Below are positions 62,564-64,000 of a stretch of DNA of 64,000 nt, piece after piece. The notes beneath the pieces are model-generated. The model was given only the letters and a program-made list of their open reading frames with translations, did no database searches and was not told where the DNA came from. This stretch comes from a virus. The stretch is from IMG/VR virus record IMGVR_UViG_3300045988_095964. One strand, given 5' to 3'. Position 1 is the stretch's first letter; the number at the start of each line of letters is the position of its first letter. Position numbers and translations under genes: made by a program.

Positions 62564-62603
62564 AGATCAAATGCCGCTCGTGGTACTAATTCCCTATTAA
62601 GTT

Positions 62604-62906
62604 ATGGCTGTTAAAACAGTTACTATCCCGTGGGGAGATGGGACAACAGATAAGATATATCTGACGTGGAATGATGCCAGTCTGCCGGGTGTCATTCCCG
62701 TAGATATTGCATCTGACCCAAACTATACAGGAAAACAACGAGAATACCTCTCCACTTTTATCGGGAGAGGTCCCGTTGGTGGACAAAATGTTACCAAAAC
62801 TTGCACGATTATCCAAACTACGGACAACCTTGTTATTGCCGTTTACGATTCGAACAAGACCGTAGCTATGCACTCGAATGTAAAAGCAGGTTATCCGAAA
62901 AAGTAG
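62604..62906 (+). CDS. BACON/Ig-like single-domain protein
   Basis: 'DIASDPNYTGKQREYLSTF...CTIIQ'. Confidence 0.5.
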   Translation: MAVKTVTIPWGDGTTDKIYLTWNDASLPGVIPVDIASDPNYTGKQREYLSTFIGRGPVGGQNVTKTCTIIQTTDNLVIAVYDSNKTVAMHSNVKAGYPKK

Positions 62907-62973
62907 ACATTTTTCTACTCTGTTGAAGACATAATGAGTGGGCTTACCACTAAAAACTATAAAATTTAAGAAT

Positions 62974-63264
62974 ATGCCAAGTTTTGTAGACATAGCGACA
63001 CTGACCAAGTTGTCGTCGCTTACGGGAAACGAAGAGTTTCAAGTGTCTGCCACCCAGAAGGTGACGGCGCAACAAATAGCAGAGTTGTCGCTTTCTCAGC
63101 AACTCAGCAGTTTCTCAACTCTCAAACAGGGAGCACCGACTATAACTGCGAACATGGCGTTACTCAACGCCATACAAGTACTTTACAAGTTGAGTGCAAA
63201 TGGTAAGGTGATGTCAATTTCCAACGGAACTGATAAGTTTGGGGACCGTTACTTACTCAGGTAG
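62974..63264 (+). CDS. tail-fibre N-terminal segment (possibly the 5' part of a frameshifted gene)
   Basis: ATG at 62974. Ends in TAG-TAA at 63262-63267. The downstream frame is open from 63212. Confidence 0.45.
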   Translation: MPSFVDIATLTKLSSLTGNEEFQVSATQKVTAQQIAELSLSQQLSSFSTLKQGAPTITANMALLNAIQVLYKLSANGKVMSISNGTDKFGDRYLLR

Positions 63265-64000
63265 TAATGCGGTTGGAATATTGTTTGACGTAAAAGCGTC
63301 CAAATATTATACTCGATCGGGAGCAACGACACCAAATTCGTATACTGATGCGCAATGGATTACTTGGCTTCAAGCCGGAAACGTTTACGAAATGGGCGGC
63401 AGCACAGGTGTTGCCGATCCGATTCAGATTCACGACTTTGCCGAGGTCAGTGCTATCGACAACTGGCCGACGCCTAAAGACGGTCTGATTATTCCGTTTG
63501 TTACGGATTCAGGCGTTCTGAATAAACCGGGGAACGAATCCGAGTACGTGGGCATCATCATCATCTGCGAAGTAGATACCCAAAATACGGGCCACGCCGA
63601 AGTAATTGCTTACGGAAGTGGAACTGGTGCGTGCTATGTAGGATTACTGGATTATGCTTCGGTGAGCATTGAGTGGAGAGTTAATAAACTTTCGGTTGCC
63701 AGCAGAAAGCTCAGTGCATTTACTGAATCGGCTATCTTCGAGTACATCTATCAGGGTGATGATGGTGACGTATTCCCGTTTACTACGATTAATGCTACCA
63801 AGAGTACTGCTAACCAATTTCCGGCCAATGGTCTCTTTACTGGAATTATTTCCAAGGGGTCAAATGAAGGTGACTACTTTAACATTTTAGCTTTCAGGAA
63901 TGGCTCCAATGAAGTCTATGTTGGTTCGTGCATTGGTAGCACTACCCAATGGACCCTCGTAGGTGGTGGTAGTGGTGGTGCATCTTCGGGTGGAATAGCT
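63239..64000 (+). CDS. tail-fibre distal segment, 3' end outside the window, start unresolved
   Basis: Hand translation shows +2-frame codons with no stop from 63212 to 64000 (263 codons). The first ATG comes only at 63392. A TTG at 63239 is a possible start. Confidence 0.5.
   Translation, partial: MGTVTYSGSNAVGILFDVKASKYYTRSGATTPNSYTDAQWITWLQAGNVYEMGGSTGVADPIQIHDFAEVSAIDNWPTPKDGLIIPFVTDSGVLNKPGNESEYVGIIIICEVDTQNTGHAEVIAYGSGTGACYVGLLDYASVSIEWRVNKLSVASRKLSAFTESAIFEYIYQGDDGDVFPFTTINATKSTANQFPANGLFTGIISKGSNEGDYFNILAFRNGSNEVYVGSCIGSTTQWTLVGGGSGGASSGGIA

Noticed and set aside
63669-63890. 73-aa track ORF in the last kilobase
   Set aside because: It lies in a different frame inside the 263-codon open frame that runs off the window. 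The longer frame is the more plausible coding frame.
1-64000. Lysogeny module (integrase, CI-like repressor, att sites)
   Set aside because: No recombinase-like ORF or divergent repressor/cro arrangement was recognised. Its absence from a partial window does not establish lifestyle.

Overview
The window is a 64-kb segment of a large tailed dsDNA phage with a contractile tail. All convincing genes lie on the + strand and are tightly packed, often with ATGA or TAATG start/stop overlaps. Intergenic regions carry Bacteroides-type promoters (-33 TTTG / -7 TAnnTTTG), so a Bacteroidota host is inferred.

Gene order:
- 0-3.6 kb: small zinc-ribbon, HTH and KTSC-domain genes.
- 3.6-13 kb: queD, large terminase, portal, scaffold, N4-gp56-like major capsid protein and head-tail genes.
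- 13-15.8 kb: a lysis cassette embedded in the structural module.
- 15.8-28.4 kb: sheath, tube, tape measure and an eCIS/P2-like baseplate.
- 28.4-51.5 kb: four early/middle blocks, each headed by a conserved ~46-bp promoter cassette. They encode a Fe/Mn-SOD homologue, an SF2 helicase, a membrane/HExxH cluster, a Tudor-like acidic protein and a DnaC-like loader. They also encode an intein-bearing DnaB, an intein-bearing primase, a gp32-like SSB, PolA, a RecA-like protein, MazG, a resolvase-like nuclease and a MoxR/vWA pair.
- 51.5-56.7 kb: tRNA-Arg(UCU), a Cas4-like nuclease, an HNH homing endonuclease, a SpoVS-like protein and an Arg/Gly-rich micro-ORF.
- 56.7-60.6 kb: a queC-dpdA-(3 unknown ORFs)-queE operon predicting 7-deazaguanine DNA modification.
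- 60.6-64 kb: a tail-fibre / BACON-like module with an in-frame TAG, a frame break and a G9 tract.

Most noteworthy:
- the unassigned members of the deazaguanine operon;
- a five-member family sharing a basic N-terminal hairpin-like motif;
- the promoter cassettes;
- two LAGLIDADG inteins inserted at catalytic motifs;
- the reading-frame anomalies in the fibre module.

All family names rest on motif recognition from memory. No database search was possible.
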